Shown here: positions 29,634 through 43,924 of the stretch, in pieces | How the letters are laid out: every line of letters starts with the position of its first letter | How positions within the stretch are numbered: the stretch's first letter is position 1 | DNA from: the human T2T-CHM13v2.0 reference genome, Homo sapiens | NCBI RefSeq assembly: GCF_009914755.1 | Contig: NC_060938.1 | Length of the DNA stretch: 64,000 nucleotides | Direction: 5' to 3' (one strand) | Notes under the pieces: model-generated | What the model saw: the letters and a program-made list of their open reading frames with translations, nothing else | Database searches by the model: none | What the model was told of the DNA's origin: nothing | Position numbers and translations under genes: made by a program

Positions 29634-31220
29634 TTCTCATTGTGTTGTTGATTTTCTCACAGAAAAATGACTCATGGAACACTGTTTGGAAATTGCTTCA
29701 ATCTATCATTGTAGTTATAGGAACATCTAGGTATGTGTTGCATACCATTATGCATAATTTTTATCAATGGCCTTTTGTTTCTGTTTACATATCTCATCCT
29801 CTAGTCCCTGGGAACTCTGTTAAACAAAATGTTGCAGAAGCCATCAACATAACCCGAACTACCGGATCCAAAGTAGGTTGAGAAGGAAGGAATTGGGATA
29901 ACCTAATTTCAGTGTCTTTCTTCATGCCCTGACCTGAATATGTGAGATCCTGGAGAGTAGAAAGCACAATCTCTGGCTAGTCTTCCCCAAGTGTTCCCTA
30001 AACAGACTCTGAAGGACTAGCTATTGATGGAAGTGCAAATTGTGCATTTATGCAGCACTTTGGCTCCAGGATCCGAATATCTTGGATTTAATCCTGAGAG
30101 GGTACATTTTCACATTTTACCTTAGCAAGAGACAATGAAGTATAGTCAGTGCTCCTCAGATTGTTCCACAGAAAGAAACTAAGTGGTGGAGATCTATGAA
30201 TATAGCCTGGAGGAAACTAACACATACCAAATATATTTAAAGTCTTCTGTTGTATGCTAAAAATGGTAAGTTAATTTGTGTCCTATTACATATTGGTTTG
30301 TTTCAATTATAAATGGTATATTTCCCTCAAAGTATTTGAGGAACAACTGTGCTAAAGCAAGATGGACCATATCTCGCTGTTCAGACCCACTTGGGTTCTT
30401 GTCCTCATATGTGAATGTGGATAAGTCACATAAACATAAAGAACTTTAGTTCCTTCATGGGTAAAGTGGTAATAATTCCAAATTCTCAGGGTTCCTGGGT
30501 GATTACATAAGATTTGAATGCACAAACTTTCCTTTGGAACAAAAAAAAATACATAAATTTTTGTGTGTGTCTGCTACTGCTCCCCTAGGCTCTACCTCCT
30601 TCAAACATGCATTTCTTTGTTCAATAAATAGTTATTAAGTGCTTAGCACATTTCAGACTCTGTGCCTGAGAAAATAGTGTTGTTAGAAATAGATCTGTTC
30701 TCTTTCTTGTGGAGTTTGCATAAAAGTTTATCCATAGAACTGCTGGCTTAATATTCTCTACCAAATAAGATATATTATAAATGCCTGCTGGATCAATGAA
30801 AAATAAGTGGTGAAACAAATACTAATTAAAGTACTGAAAGACTGAAACAGTTATGTCATTTTAATCACTCCCTCTGGAATGTCCTCCTCCTAATAATGGA
30901 ATAGAGAGGGAGGCATTAAGCTCTCCATTATTTGAAGTGGTTGCTTCACTTGGTGATATCAATATTGGTGTGGTGATTCCCACAGAAGTGCATCCAAGGT
31001 AAATCCAGGCCCTCTCTTGAAGAATAATGCAAAGGTTGACTAAGAAAGGTCAAGAGCTTTTGCACATTTTAGGATTCAGTGAGTAACATATATGTTTGTC
31101 ATGAACATCAACAATGAACCTCAATTGCAAGAAGAGCCTGTTCTCAACACGCTTTTGTTAGCTCTTAGAGAGCTCAGTGGATAAGCAGTTACCTTGCTTC
31201 AACATCAGCAGTCAAGATGG

Positions 31221-31247
31221 ATGAAATGAAATGAAATGAAATGAAAT
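31221..31247. repeat. (ATGAA)5 pentanucleotide repeat
   Basis: atgaaatgaaatgaaatgaaatgaaat. Confidence 0.9.
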
Positions 31248-32799
31248 ATTTAAGAAAATTAATGGGAAAAACTCTGGAACTCATCAAGCCCTGATGTCCA
31301 GAACTAAAAATGAATAAGGTAGTGGTATGTCAATGGTTTCCACAGTGGACTTCTCAGCAGTCTGCAACAGGGCCACAGTTTTATGTCATATACAAATATC
31401 TTCTGTGAATAAGATTTCATTTGCAAAAACAAACATCTCTATAGTTTAAAAAAATGAAGTCTGCAAACCTAGATGATTCTAAGTTTTCATCGTCATCTAA
31501 GTCTGTTATTTTGATGATGAACCTGCAAACAGAGGCAGAAAAACATTCGACCAATCTTTCTGTAAATTTTCAATTCTATGGAAAAATGCTTTCCTCTTAA
31601 GTCATAATTAATGAAGGGAAATTATAAGCCCCTTATTAATTTTATTTAAGTCATAGTTGTCTGAACTACTTCAAGTGAATAAAAATACTCACTAGCACAC
31701 AGTCTTAACTGTTGAAAGCTATTAGCTCAGTAAAGATAGATATTCACTAAACAAACATTTAGCCCGTCTGTGCTGGAGTTCCTCCAGAATGAGGTGTGAC
31801 TTGCTCCTTAAGTCAAACTTAATTATTTAATGGGGCAATTTAAAATAGTGGATGTTTTAGATTATGATTTATGAGGTATGAAGTTACATTACTGTACAAC
31901 TATGTATCTAGCAAGGCTTCCTTCTGTCCATAAAGGGTGATTTAATCTTCTTATACTTTCTCCAGCCAAAGCTGTGGAAGAAAACTTATTCTGCCTTCAG
32001 AAAACAGAAGTTATTTCTTTCGAATAGCGTTAAGTTTTCATCGTTCTAGCCTGTCATTTTTGTCTTTAGGCAGCAGTAATTTCTCATATTAAAATAAAAA
32101 AAGACTTAAGTTACAGAAAATAAATGAGCTACTTCTTTCCAAGATGACAAGTTGAATGACAAATTTACTTCGAAGTTGAACTAAACACCAAACACTGACA
32201 AAATTTAAAACACACTTAGACAGAGATATTCTCTGGTAAAACACATGATAAAATATTGATTGACTTTTCGTTTTAAATATTGGAATTCATTTTTCACCCA
32301 AAAGAAAAAGCAAGCAAATATCACCTTAGACACAATAGGCAGAAGAAGAGCGAAATGACACCTTTCTCACTTATTTCCGACTGCCTCTAGCTTTTATTTT
32401 GAATTCTTAGCTGTGTTTCCTTAGTCAAATGGAGGCTCTCAGTGTGGGTCAGCATGTGGCTAAATTCTTTTACACATAAGCAGGTAATGAAGTATGTTTT
32501 ACTTGGATAAAGTGGTAACTGATATATTTCATTTTACCACTTTGAGGAACGACAAGAAAAATGTAACCTCTTCTAATAATCAAATTAATATGACTTTGAT
32601 CCTTATTTTAGTTCAAGCCTTTCTTTTCTATTAGAAAAGTAGCAAACACAAATAGGGTTTCCATGTGTCCTAAGCCCTTTGCCTGTGTAAATTAAGTTGA
32701 TCCTCTCAAAGCTAAAAGATAAGTCATATCATTATACCATTTTACAAACAGTGAATCTGAAGCCTAAAGAAATAAAGTGAAATTTACCAAGAAAAATAC

Positions 32800-33095
32800 T
32801 CATGGAAATGCCCAGCCACTGAGCACTGCAGAGCTGGGTGCTGGAAAAGTTATCTGTGCTGAAAGAGCTGAGGACTGGTGGAACTGCATGTGTTGCAAGA
32901 TCTGGGTGCTAGAAAAGCTGCACGCTGCAGAAGCCTGCTGAGCTAGCAAACAGAACAAGAAAGGGTAGCCTCCTTCACCTGCACTGTTTATTCCATGCTC
33001 TCTACTGACAAAGCCAGCTGGCAAAGGAAATGTATTGAAAGGGCCCACCTCCATTTTCAAAGAGCAGGTAACGAAATATGTTGGATTTGGATAAA
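32800..33095 (-). mobile_element. LTR33-like ERVL LTR fragment
   Basis: ctctactgacaaagccagctggcaaaggaaatg...agagcagg...ggatttgga resembles the reverse complement of the LTR33 5' part. Confidence 0.6.
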
Positions 33096-35484
33096 TTTAT
33101 AACTGGCCTGGTCGTCCATGATATTTTCTTATACATTCCTTCCAGAGCCAAAGGAGTGAGCTGGTGGAATTGAAGCATCATGTATTGTATTGATGTATAG
33201 ACACTGGGGGAGAGAAATTTCTTTTTTCTTTATGGTACTGTAACTAGGGGATGTGAATCTAGGCTGCCAGATGACATATTCCTTGCCATACAGTAAAAGC
33301 TTCCTTGAAAAAATAACAGCACAATTACAGACCCTGTGAGAAAGACAGAAGCAACGCCTTAATAATATCATAGAAGCCCCTGGATCCAGACTTACCTAAA
33401 GCCAAATTTACCCCTGAAATTCTTACACATTCCCATTTTTTCTTTGTTTGTGTCGAGTTTCTGACACTTCAACAAATATTCTGTCACAGCCAGTTGTTTA
33501 TCTATAGTGAAGTGTATTTTTCTAGATCCACTCTCCAGCATGCTCTTTGAAAAGTACCCTGTCTGAAGTAAAGTGAACTTGGTTTGAATTCTGCTACCTC
33601 CATTTATTAGCGGTTTCTTTAAGTGCTCTTCAATTTCATGTTCTCTAAATTGAACTAAGCTCTCTTATGGTGTTGGGGAAAAACAGTCAGTGTTCAAATA
33701 ACGTCACTTGATTCTCTTAGTTCAATTTCTACATTAATGGATTGAAAAGAAAGGAACTTGCACAGTGTGGAACTAAACCATACTTCTCCAAGTTTAGAGG
33801 GTCAAAAAATGCACATCCAACAGACTCACTTAACACAAAAGTCTACTAAAGGAGACCCTTCTGTGTTCACCTTACTGTTTTCTCGTGTAATTTCCTCAAT
33901 GTAGCTAGACACAATCTTTGTTATGTTGAAATCTCTGACAATAAATTCACCCCTTTCCAGAGTCTTGAAATTTGGAGAGGCTTTGTCCTTCACTTGGTTC
34001 TTTCACTTTTCACAAATAATCTTCTGAGCTATAGAAGACTGGGAATTGAAAGTCACGATACTAAGACTTATGTTTATGTACACCTTTTATCCCGAGGAGT
34101 TTATTGACGTTCTAAAGGTCAAACAATTCTGGAGAAGCCTTTTGACCCTTAGCCTCATTCCTGTCCTCAGCAGATTGCATGGTTTCCTGTCATGATACAG
34201 CAAATGTTTTCTTTTTCTGCAAGCATCCCAACCTCTGCCTTTGCAAGCTGTAATGTTATTACCACATGGCCTTACCAAAAAAAAAAAAAAAAAAAAAAAA
34301 TGGCCAAGTCTTCTCTTTGCACAAATTCAGATAGTTCTTGGAATTTAGGCGAACTCATCTTTTTTTTTTCTAGTTACCTTTAGTGAAGTTGCACATTGGA
34401 GGAATTTAAAATGTAACCCAACTATTTCCTAGAGTTAAAAAATCCAATTGTCTTTTAAGCAATCAGCTAATTAATTATAAACACTATAGAGCTTCTTTTT
34501 TCCCCACCCTTAAGAAGCCCTTTACAGGAAAGGTTTGATTTTTTAGTGTTTGGAATGGCTTGTCTTTACAATTTTCTTACTGTGTTTAAGACTGAGATGC
34601 TTTGACAAGTATCGGATAGTGTTTGCCTTTGCAGCTGTGTAGTAGTACCAAGTCTCTTGCTTTAAAGATAAGCAAAAGCACTTACTACAGAATTCTTAAA
34701 TAGTGATAAGAAAAAAAAAACAGTAAAGACTCAAGCAACTCAAATGTTTTTCCCATTAACTTATAAGAGCGTCTCACATGGTTCCCAGGAACTACACAAG
34801 GTAGAATAGGTACAGAATTTAAAAATAAAATTATTTGAAATGACTTAAAGAAAATAACTTCAAAATAATTAAGATCTATTAAAAACCAAAACAACTCCTT
34901 CCAATCTTAAACCTACATATACAGCACCTAAAGTTATGGTTACACATTCAGTCGTACGTTTTTATCTAAATTCCATTTTACGGTATTGAGTTTACAGTTA
35001 AATCAGATAAACATGGTTTTTCTCTTGATTCTTTTTAAGTCTATGGTCATGATTGTTATTGAACTAAAAGATTTTCTCACTAATTATTTGCCAACTAAGG
35101 GCTTTGGCTATTGTATGTGGTGACATAAATAATCTCATAAGGAGTTGGCAAGGTTGAATTTTCAGCTGCCCTTATGTTTTTATCACTTGTGCTTTTGGAT
35201 TTATGATTTAGCTTTAATCTCCAAGATGTGGTGGCTACACTATATTTATGATGTAGACTTTCTTTTTCTGACCTCATAATCATGTCATTCTTCCTAGATA
35301 TTACCCTAATGCAAAGGCATTGGAAGTCATTTTTTGAGATGTTAATGAATGAGAGAACAGATAATATTAAGTAATATTTGTAAAATGTATAAATAGTACA
35401 TTTAGTATGTCAATGGTGATATCAAATTTTATGCAGATTCCTGAAATAGAACATTTATCAGATCAAATACAAAGTTTAATTTAC

Positions 35485-35912
35485 TGTTAAAGGAAAAATT
35501 GTTCACCGCACTTGTCAAAAATGGTAAGGAAGAGTTTATTCAAAGAGAGCTGCTGCAATGGAGTCTTATAGTAAGGGAGAGAAATTGAGCTCAACACCAA
35601 GTACAGTAAGGAAAAGAGAGTTTATAGCCAAGGAGCAAGGCAAGGAGTTAGTAGATGGAAAATTACTAAAAGGTAGATTAATTCTTTGTTAAACTGACTT
35701 AGTAAAACTTCTGCTGAAGGCAGGCCTGAGCGATCAGATATCAAGAGTGGTCTGACCAAAGGTGGGGGGGATTTTCACTAAACTGTCTCTGCAGGATTCT
35801 TGCAAAAACAGAATAATGTAGTGATGAACACGGAAGTCCAAGTCAGGGTTTATTTGAGAAGAGAGATCAGGAAAGACTGACTAGAGTTTGGTCAAGGAGA
35901 GAATTTTTGTCA
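35485..35912 (-). mobile_element. ERV1 solo LTR, MER31-like
   Basis: TG...CA termini (tgttaaagg ... ctgactagagtttggtcaaggagagaatttttgtca); near 4-bp TSD ttac/atac. Confidence 0.7.
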
Positions 35913-36949
35913 ATACAAAGTACTCCTACATAAACTCTCAAAATTCCCACTTCATTCCCCACTCACCAATACTTCCCAGGCCTGTTTTATCTTTATGCCA
36001 TTAAGTTAATTCTCTGGTAAGATATCTTTGAATGGTAGTACCAGTGATGGAGGCAATTCATGCAAATACTAATTCGACAGTCTTTTCTTTCTTTTTCTCT
36101 TTTTTTGTTCTTCTATTTGCAGAGCAATGATGGCAGGCATGGAATACATACAGATCATTCAAACACACACCTTTAGCAAAGGTTTAGCAAAGACTAATAA
36201 ATGCACATGGTTAACTATAATTTTAAAAAATAATTTTTACGTGCTATACAAAAAAGTAAAAAGGTAGCCCACTAGCTGCAAGGAATCACAGAATCCTAAT
36301 TGAAAGAGATAATGTAGACAAGATTACAAGATTCAGTCATGTGTATATAGAAGGCAGGGCAGTCTAGACAGAGAAAGTCACATCATTTAAAGAAGGTAGG
36401 TAAGCAATTATTATATGTTTCTGGGGAAGGATTAGGTCTTTCACTAGTTTGAAAAGTTTTAGAAAAGTAGACCCTGGTTTTCATTGTATCTTTGTGCCTG
36501 GCCATCTAGTATCTTATGAATAATTCATTTAATGAAGGAAGGAAGAATAAATGAATAATAAGACGGGAAAAATAGATTGGACCAAGTTGTAAAAAGCTCT
36601 GAATGCCAGACTACAGAGTACTGATTTTATCTATAGATAGTACAGGTGTCCCTGAAACTTTTCTTAGCAGGGAAATTTCATAATTAGCACTTTAAGTTAG
36701 AGAAATTCATCTGAGAACAATGTGTAAAATGTGAAGAGAGAAGAAAGGTGGTAGCCACCAACCTACAATTTTTATGTGATGGAGAAAGTTAGTTACCCAA
36801 AAAGCTCTGGGAGAATGAGATGGTCAATTTGTTGCTTTCACTTTATATAAGTGATCAGAAAATGTCATAGAATACTTAGAGTTGTTCTTGGAAGGAAAGT
36901 CTAGGTATCTGTTAATTAAAAGGTAGACACTGGATGAGGGTAAAAGATA

Positions 36950-37290
36950 TTTATTGTGTGCTCACTATGTGCTTTTTCCGGCATATTAATTGCACTGGAC
37001 TCAGCTAATCTTCACAACAACCCTATGAGTTAGATATTGTTATAATCTTCACTTCTCAGGGAGGGAAACTTAACTTATGAAAGCTGCTTAAAGTCGCAAG
37101 GCTTGTAACTGGCATAAGCCCTTGTGTAGCAGCTGACAGAGTAGACAATGCACTATAGCTGTGTTAGCTCAATCTAGCCCATTACTAATTATCACCTCAA
37201 TATTGGTTGATTTATGTGAACCCTCTAGAATGTGTTTCTTCATCTGAAAATGATAGAATTAAATTAGATCACCTCTTACTTCCTATTCAG
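36950..37290. mobile_element. Two MIR fragments in opposite orientation
   Basis: ttcacaacaaccctatgag core (antisense) then gtttcttcatctgaaaatg core (sense). Confidence 0.55.
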
Positions 37291-37989
37291 CTAAAATTTT
37301 TTATCATTTGTGAACTGATTGTAAGATTATAAATTAGGATCATTAAAAAAATACATTCCTGTGTCTCTTGTTTCAATCCCAGTGTATACAGCGTCCACAA
37401 TATCATTAATCATCCAAAAACTCTCTGTGCTCCCTACTTTATCTTATTTCTGAATTTGAGTAGAGAAGGGAGAAAGTTAAAAACCAAACTAACCAACAAA
37501 CAAAAGCCCTTAGGAAAAAGAAAGGAAATAAGATAAGAGGTCAGTATCATTATTATGATTATCTCTTTTGACTTTGGAGATCTCTCCAAATAAAATTTTC
37601 CGCTTCATTTCCTTCCTCTTACTTTGGCTTGGTGTCTACTATTTTTCTTTTTCCTTAAACCTATTTTACTTTTCCTGTATTGATGCCAACTTGAATGGAT
37701 GCATTTTGGGAAGAGGATGGCTAATTTAATTCCAGTTTGGCCATTAGGATTCCTTGGTCTATATTCTTTAGGCTAGGCCTTATCTTACCTATGAATACCA
37801 GTTCTATCAAGCCAAGATTCTTGCTTTTGCAAGAAGATATTATTTCTAAAATGTGAAAATAGAATTTAATTTCTCCTAAAGTTTTCCTTTTTGCCTGACT
37901 GCTCCTCACCTCAATTTCTAATATTAGGCTTTTCTAAATTAAATATCTCACATCTCAGGAAACCTTACTCTTTTTGGAAAAGAGGGCTG

Positions 37990-38345
37990 AAATGGATGAT
38001 GCCACATGCCTTACATCACCCATTACGACTGAGTCACTTATTCCTTAAGCTGTTAATGGCTCACCTGGTGAACCCTTCCTTCTTCCCTGGGACTTGTCTC
38101 ATTCCAAGGGAACTCTTCCTTGGGGACCAACCAGCTTCTAATGACTGGGGATCCCCTTTGTCGGAATACAAACACCCAAACTCCTTACCTCAATTCTAGA
38201 CAATTTTGAAGGATCACCTCAGGTCTGCTGTCCAATCCTCCTCTCCTCTCTTCCTTTCACAGATGCTTTTCCTAAGAGCAGTATCCAGTAAATCTTCCAC
38301 ACACAAATTTCTTGCTCTGAGCCTGTTCCCTGGCCAACCAGATCA
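37990..38345 (+). mobile_element. LTR16-like ERVL LTR remnant
   Basis: cttcctttcacagatgcttttcctaagagca...agtaaatcttccacacacaaat...gagcctgttccctgg resembles an LTR16 3' end. Confidence 0.45.
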
Positions 38346-39112
38346 GAAACTTTGAGGATTTGGAACTATCTCTAAAGTTTCTGGTTTTCATGTGGTTCTG
38401 AAGGCAAAAACCACAGAGATCAAATGCCACAAAAAAAAAAAAAAAATGGTGGTCTGAATGAGAAGTATCATTTGCTTTTGAAAAGAAAAACCTCCAGAAG
38501 TTATGTGATTTTATAGGATAACCCTGCTCATTTGTTTCAAATGTGGTCTGGAAACAAGCCAGATGATCTGAAGCAAGTTTGAAGTATAAACAATTTTAAT
38601 GCTTGCTCATCACTAATCCAATTTCCATAAAACCAGTATTGAATCTATTTGCTCTATGACTGAGTTTATTTATCAGTAAGGTGGAAGCAAACACTCCTAG
38701 TGTGGACTGATTCATCTTGTTTGCTGAACTCAAATACCATAGTCTTAAATTACTCCCAAAGATATATATTGAACTTTGATTGCTTTCATCACGAGGTTTC
38801 AACTAATTTTGTACAGGCTTTTTTTTTTTCGCTTCAATATACAAAATGTAAACAATTGTACTGCAAAGAAGTTTGCAGTCATTGTATCACTTTGTATGAT
38901 AGACAGTCTTGTTTCAAATCGGATTTTAAAGATGACCTAAAATACTAATTTTTGTATTTTCTCTTGCAAATTAGACCAATAGAAATTTGACTCCTCTGAC
39001 ATTACTGGAATCATATAGACATACAACCTTTCTAAAAGTAAGATACTTTTAAATTCAAAAACAAAGAAGATGAAGTACCCACATTTCATTACCCTTACCT
39101 ATTGCCAGTTGC

Positions 39113-39274
39113 TTTTTTTTCTTTTTAGAGACAGCGTCTGGCTGTGCTGCCAAGGCTGGAATACAATGCCATGATCATAGCTCACTGCAGCCTTGAACTC
39201 TTGGGATCAAGCAACCCTCTTGCCTCAACCTCCCAAAGTGTTGGAAAAACAGGCATGAGCCACCACACCCAGCC
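39113..39274 (-). mobile_element. Alu monomer (FRAM/FAM-like or collapsed AluJ)
   Basis: ~160-bp single arm: T-run, gatcatagctcactgcagccttgaactc, ends gagccaccacacccagcc. Confidence 0.88.
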
Positions 39275-40543
39275 CCATCCTTTTTTGAGAAGCCCTATGT
39301 TGCCGTTTGTAGGCTGCCTCGATGTCCAATTCAAAGAGGTGTATCTAATATCATATATCAAGATGAACCCTCATGTAAGAGAGAAATTTTAGAACTCACT
39401 AAGAATGATCAATTAAAAAATAAAATTTTAAAGCTCATAAAGATGTAAGTGGAAAGTGTTTTTAAAAATAAAATGTAAACACATTGGCCATGTAAAATAA
39501 TAAATACCCTTTGACCTTCTTTAAAAGCTAGCATACACAAGACACATCTCCACTGTTCCTTTTCAATATGCAGAAATGGAGAAAATGTGTTCACAACTGA
39601 CGTTCCACCTCAATCATTTTAAACATCCAGATATATATCTCAGTATGTGTACATACATGAAATAACCTAAGAATTTCAAAAATGTATCTGCATGTGCAGA
39701 TAGCAGGCAGTTAAGATTGGAGTGAATCGTGTGTATAGTACCCTTGCCTCTTAGCTTATTTTATAATTTAAAAGCATAAGAAATGTTAACATTAAGTGGT
39801 AAGATTTTTTTTTTCTACAATGTCTCCCTGACATTCCTGGCCATCCCTTTTTTCTCATCCAAGGCTAATTATTTTAAGATCTGGCCTTTGCTAAAGAAAA
39901 CAAGCAAATGTGGGTGAGGCTACGTGGAAAGGGATTTCATATAAAACAGACGTCCTGTTTTTAGGGAAAGGAATCTCAGCATCTTTGGAGCCGCCCTGAA
40001 GAGGTAATAGTCTTTAAACAATGAAAACAAGGGAGCTCATAGAGAGAAGAAAGGTAAAAATAGACAGAAGTTAATGCCATTTACAAAAAAACCTGATGGG
40101 CCTGAGCTGGACCTCAGTAGTAACTAACAGAACGAAACCCCCCAAACTACACATGTGGTTCAGCTCATTACCCAGGGCCTACTTCAGGAAGGCCTCCTGA
40201 GTTCTCTTATCAACTTGGGAGTCCTTTTGCTCTAATCCACAAAGGGGATTACAGCTGATAAATTATGACAAGCACCCACTGGAAACCCAGTGAGCCAAGA
40301 AGGGCATCACCCCTTTTGGCATGTGCATTCACATTACTTTGGCACTTACTATTATCATTTAAATGTAATCTCACCTTAGAAGAAAAAAAAAATTCCCCTC
40401 TTTGCTGCGGACTTAAACCTTACAAGGTAATTGAAATCACTTATTAAGGCTTCTAAATGAGAAGCTCCAGATATTAGAACTGCCAGTGTTGCAGAACGGA
40501 AACATCACATGCCTCCCTTGGTGACAAAACCTCATTAAACAGT

Positions 40544-40600
40544 GCACACACACATACAAGCACACATACAAACATGCACACACACACACAAGCCCACACA

Positions 40601-40648
<48 letters not shown>
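40544..40648. repeat. CA-rich tract ending in a long perfect (CA)n
   Basis: Perfect CA run at 40605-40648. Confidence 0.97.
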
Positions 40649-40651
<3 letters not shown>

Positions 40652-41678
40652 GAAGAGGAATAAAAAGAAGGCAACAAATCCCAATTCAGACAGAAAGAGG
40701 CCGGTTCATGCCTATATTGCTGAACATGTAGACTAGAGCCATGACACCAGAGCCCAAACCACAGCTATTCTCCTTTCTTACAAAGAGCAATGTGGCCAGC
40801 TAGGCAGAGGAGGAGGGAAAAAGAAAAGTACAGATCACAGATAAAGCCTGTTAATAAAAGTGACCTCTACCTAGAAATATTCATGTTCTAAGAATTTTCT
40901 TTTTCTCTATTAAAAAGAAAAATCCTGATTCAAGCATAGGCAACAGAAAAAAAAAAAAAGCATAATGCCTTTTTTTCTTCATCCTGACAGGGTGAAGTGA
41001 CAGTAGGGACTAGTGGATATGTAAATGTGAGAACAGCCATGTGTTGGGCTCCCAGTCAAGGGGCAGATCATGCCAGGTCTGCAAGTAGCGTCTACTACAA
41101 CATGTGCCCCCTAAAGCCCGGCACTGACCTTATTACTCCACATCAGCTGTCTAGACTGACTCAAGAGGAGGAGGGATGCTCATTAGATGCAGAAAAGTTA
41201 TCTGAGGCAACTTGAGCAATTGCTTCTTTTATCTTCCTGGAGGAGCATGGAGGCCATGTGTAATATCCTTAAGCTGCTCATCCATTGTTAAGATGACATT
41301 TCTTTATCTCTTCAGTTTAAAGGCTTATTTGAGAGTTCAGTGGTTTTCTAATCACAGGCTAACAGTTCTTCAAATGTGGCTTTTCTGTCTCTCTTTTTTT
41401 TTCTTGCAAGTATTACAAACTTGGACTTTGTTTTCCCCTTCCTATTCAAAGGTCTATTTATGGAGTCCTTTGGAAGATGAAACAAATATTAAAAGGTCAA
41501 ATGACAAATATGTACTGAGTGCCGACTATGCATATGATACCAGGTATAGCACAATGAAACTCTAGTATTGGTCAAAATAATAAAGAAAATAAATGTTGAT
41601 AAAGAACTATGTAAAGATGTCTGTATCTTTATAATTTTAAAATAGTGCACACCTTATTTGTCTTAAAATGTAAAGTCC

Positions 41679-42386
41679 TGTTATAGGTTAAATTATGTCC
41701 TTTAAAAAGATATGGTGAAGTGACCTCGTTTGCAAACAGGGTCACTGCAGAGGTAATTAGTTAAGATAAGGTCATACTGGGGTAGGGAGGTCCCTTAATC
41801 CAATATGACTGGTGCTCTTAAAGCAAAGAAAAAACACAGAAGGGACACAAGAGGGAGGAATGCCATGAGGACCACTACAGGTTTTAGAGGGAGTGTGGCC
41901 CTGCCAACACCTTGATTTTAGATTTCCAGCTTCCACAACTGTGGCAACAAATTTCTGTTGTTTTAAGTCACCCAGTTTGTGGCACATTGTTATGGCAGCC
42001 TGAAAAATCAATGCAGATGTGTCTTGACTGACAATGGGATTACCTCTCACTACAACTCTTATAAGTTGAAAGTATCTTAAGACAAAAAATGCGTTTTATC
42101 CACCTAACCTACAAAACAACATAGCTTAGCCTAGCCTATCTTAAATGCGCTCAGAGCACTTATATTGGCCTAGGGTTGAGCGACATCATCTAACACAAAG
42201 CCTATTTTATACTAAAATGTTGAATATCTCATGTAATTTATTGAATACTGTACTGAAGGTAAAGAATGAAGAATGATTGTATAGGTACTCGATGTGTGGT
42301 TTTTATTGAATGTATATTGCTTTCACGCCCTCATATAGTCAAGAAATTATGAGTTGAACTACCGTAAGTTGGAAACCATCTGTACA
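41679..42386 (+). mobile_element. MLT1C-like LTR, internally deleted, with MER47A inserted in its last bases
   Basis: tgttataggttaaattatgtcc start, ggagtgtggccctgccaacaccttgatttt, gttatggcagcc...aatg[MER47A]taca. Confidence 0.8.
42014..42382. mobile_element. MER47A (Tigger5-related) DNA transposon
   Basis: cagatg...catagcttagcctagcct...taagttggaaaccatctg termini followed by TA; ~370 bp. Confidence 0.85.
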
Positions 42387-42990
42387 GGCTCCAGGACTCA
42401 GACTCTGTTCTTCTTTTCTATCAGTCACTCCCTTGGTTACGTAACCAGTCTCATCATTTTAAGCTGTTTCAGTGACTCCCAAATGTGTATCTTTAGGGCA
42501 GAACTCTCTTCTGAAATCCAGCTGCCTACTCAGAATTTCTAGTTGCATGTGCAATAAATAGTTCAAATGTTAGGTGACCATAATTTCACTCTTCATCTTT
42601 CTCCCCAATTTTGGTCTTCTAGCAACCCTACTAGAGTAATTGGGAAGCAAATACTGTTGGCTTTACCATGAAAATGCCTCCAGATTCCATCCATTTCTTA
42701 CCACCTTCCCTGCTAGCACCCTGGTCCAAGCCCCCATTATCCACTGTGTGGAACACACAATAGTGTCATAAATGGTATTTCTACTCCCACTTGTCACGCC
42801 TATAGTATATTCCCATCACAGTAGTTAAACTGACCATCTAAACAGCAAGTGAAATCACATCACTGGTCTTTTCAAAAATCTTCCATAGACTGAGGTACTA
42901 CTTCACTGAGAGTAAAAGCCTTTAATGGTCCTTTGGGCCTTTTGCCTACACCACCTCGTCCCCTTATCTATCAAAACTCATCTCCTCCTA

Positions 42991-43924
42991 CAGTCATGCA
43001 TTGCTTAACAAAGGGGTGATAATTCTGAGAAATGTGTCTTTAGGCATTTTTGTCTTTGTGCGAACATCACAGTGTATACAGTCAGCCCTCTGTATCCATG
43101 GATTCCACACCCATGGATTCAAAAAACCATGTATCATAATTTTTTTTAAAGAGTGTTGTCTCTGTACTGAACATGTACTAACTTTTTTCTTGTAATTATT
43201 CTCTAAGCAATACAGTATAACTATTTGCATAGCATTGACATTGTATTAGGCATTATAAGTAATCTAGAGATGATTTAAAGTGTACAGGACAATGTGCATA
43301 GGTTACATGCAATTATATGCAAATATTACGCCATTTTATATCAGGAACTTGAACTTCTGTGGATTTTGGTACACATGGGAAGTCCTGGAACTAATCCCCC
43401 ACAAATACTGAGGAGCCATTGTACTTACACAATCCTAGATGTCATAGCCTGCTACGCACCCAGGCCATATGCTATATCCTATTGCTCCAAGGCTACAGAC
43501 CTGTAAAAACCTGTACACCATGTTATTGTACTGAATACTGTAGGCAATTGTAACACAATGGTAAGTATTTTTGTGTCTAAGTATAGAAAAGATACAGTAA
43601 AAATATTGTATATGGTACACCTGTATAGGGCCCTTTCCATGAATGGAGTTTGCTAGACAAGAAGTTGCTCCGGGTGAGTCAGTCAGTAGAGTAGTGAGTA
43701 AATTTGCATGCCTAGGAAATTATTGTACACTACTGTAGACTTTATAAACACTGTATATGTAAGCTACACTAAATTTGTTTTACAAAATCATAATTACACC
43801 ACGATGTTACAACAGCTACTAGGTCACCAGGAGATAGGGATTTTTCAGCTTCATTTTATCTTATGGGACCACCATGGTAGACTGGTTTGTCATTGATCAA
43901 ATAGTATTATGTAGTTCATGGCTA
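42991..43924. mobile_element. Tigger3 (MER7/Golem) deletion derivative interrupted by MER2
   Basis: TA|cagtcatgcattgcttaac start; continues cttacacaatcctagatg after MER2; ends tatgtagttcatggcta|TA. Confidence 0.8.
43079..43421. mobile_element. MER2 DNA transposon
   Basis: cagtcagccctctgtatccatgg ... aaatactgaggagccattg, TA on both sides; ~343 bp. Confidence 0.87.

Noticed and set aside
27646-29881. Cluster of overlapping ORFs
   Set aside because: All overlap the THE1 provirus; fragmentary, no intact product
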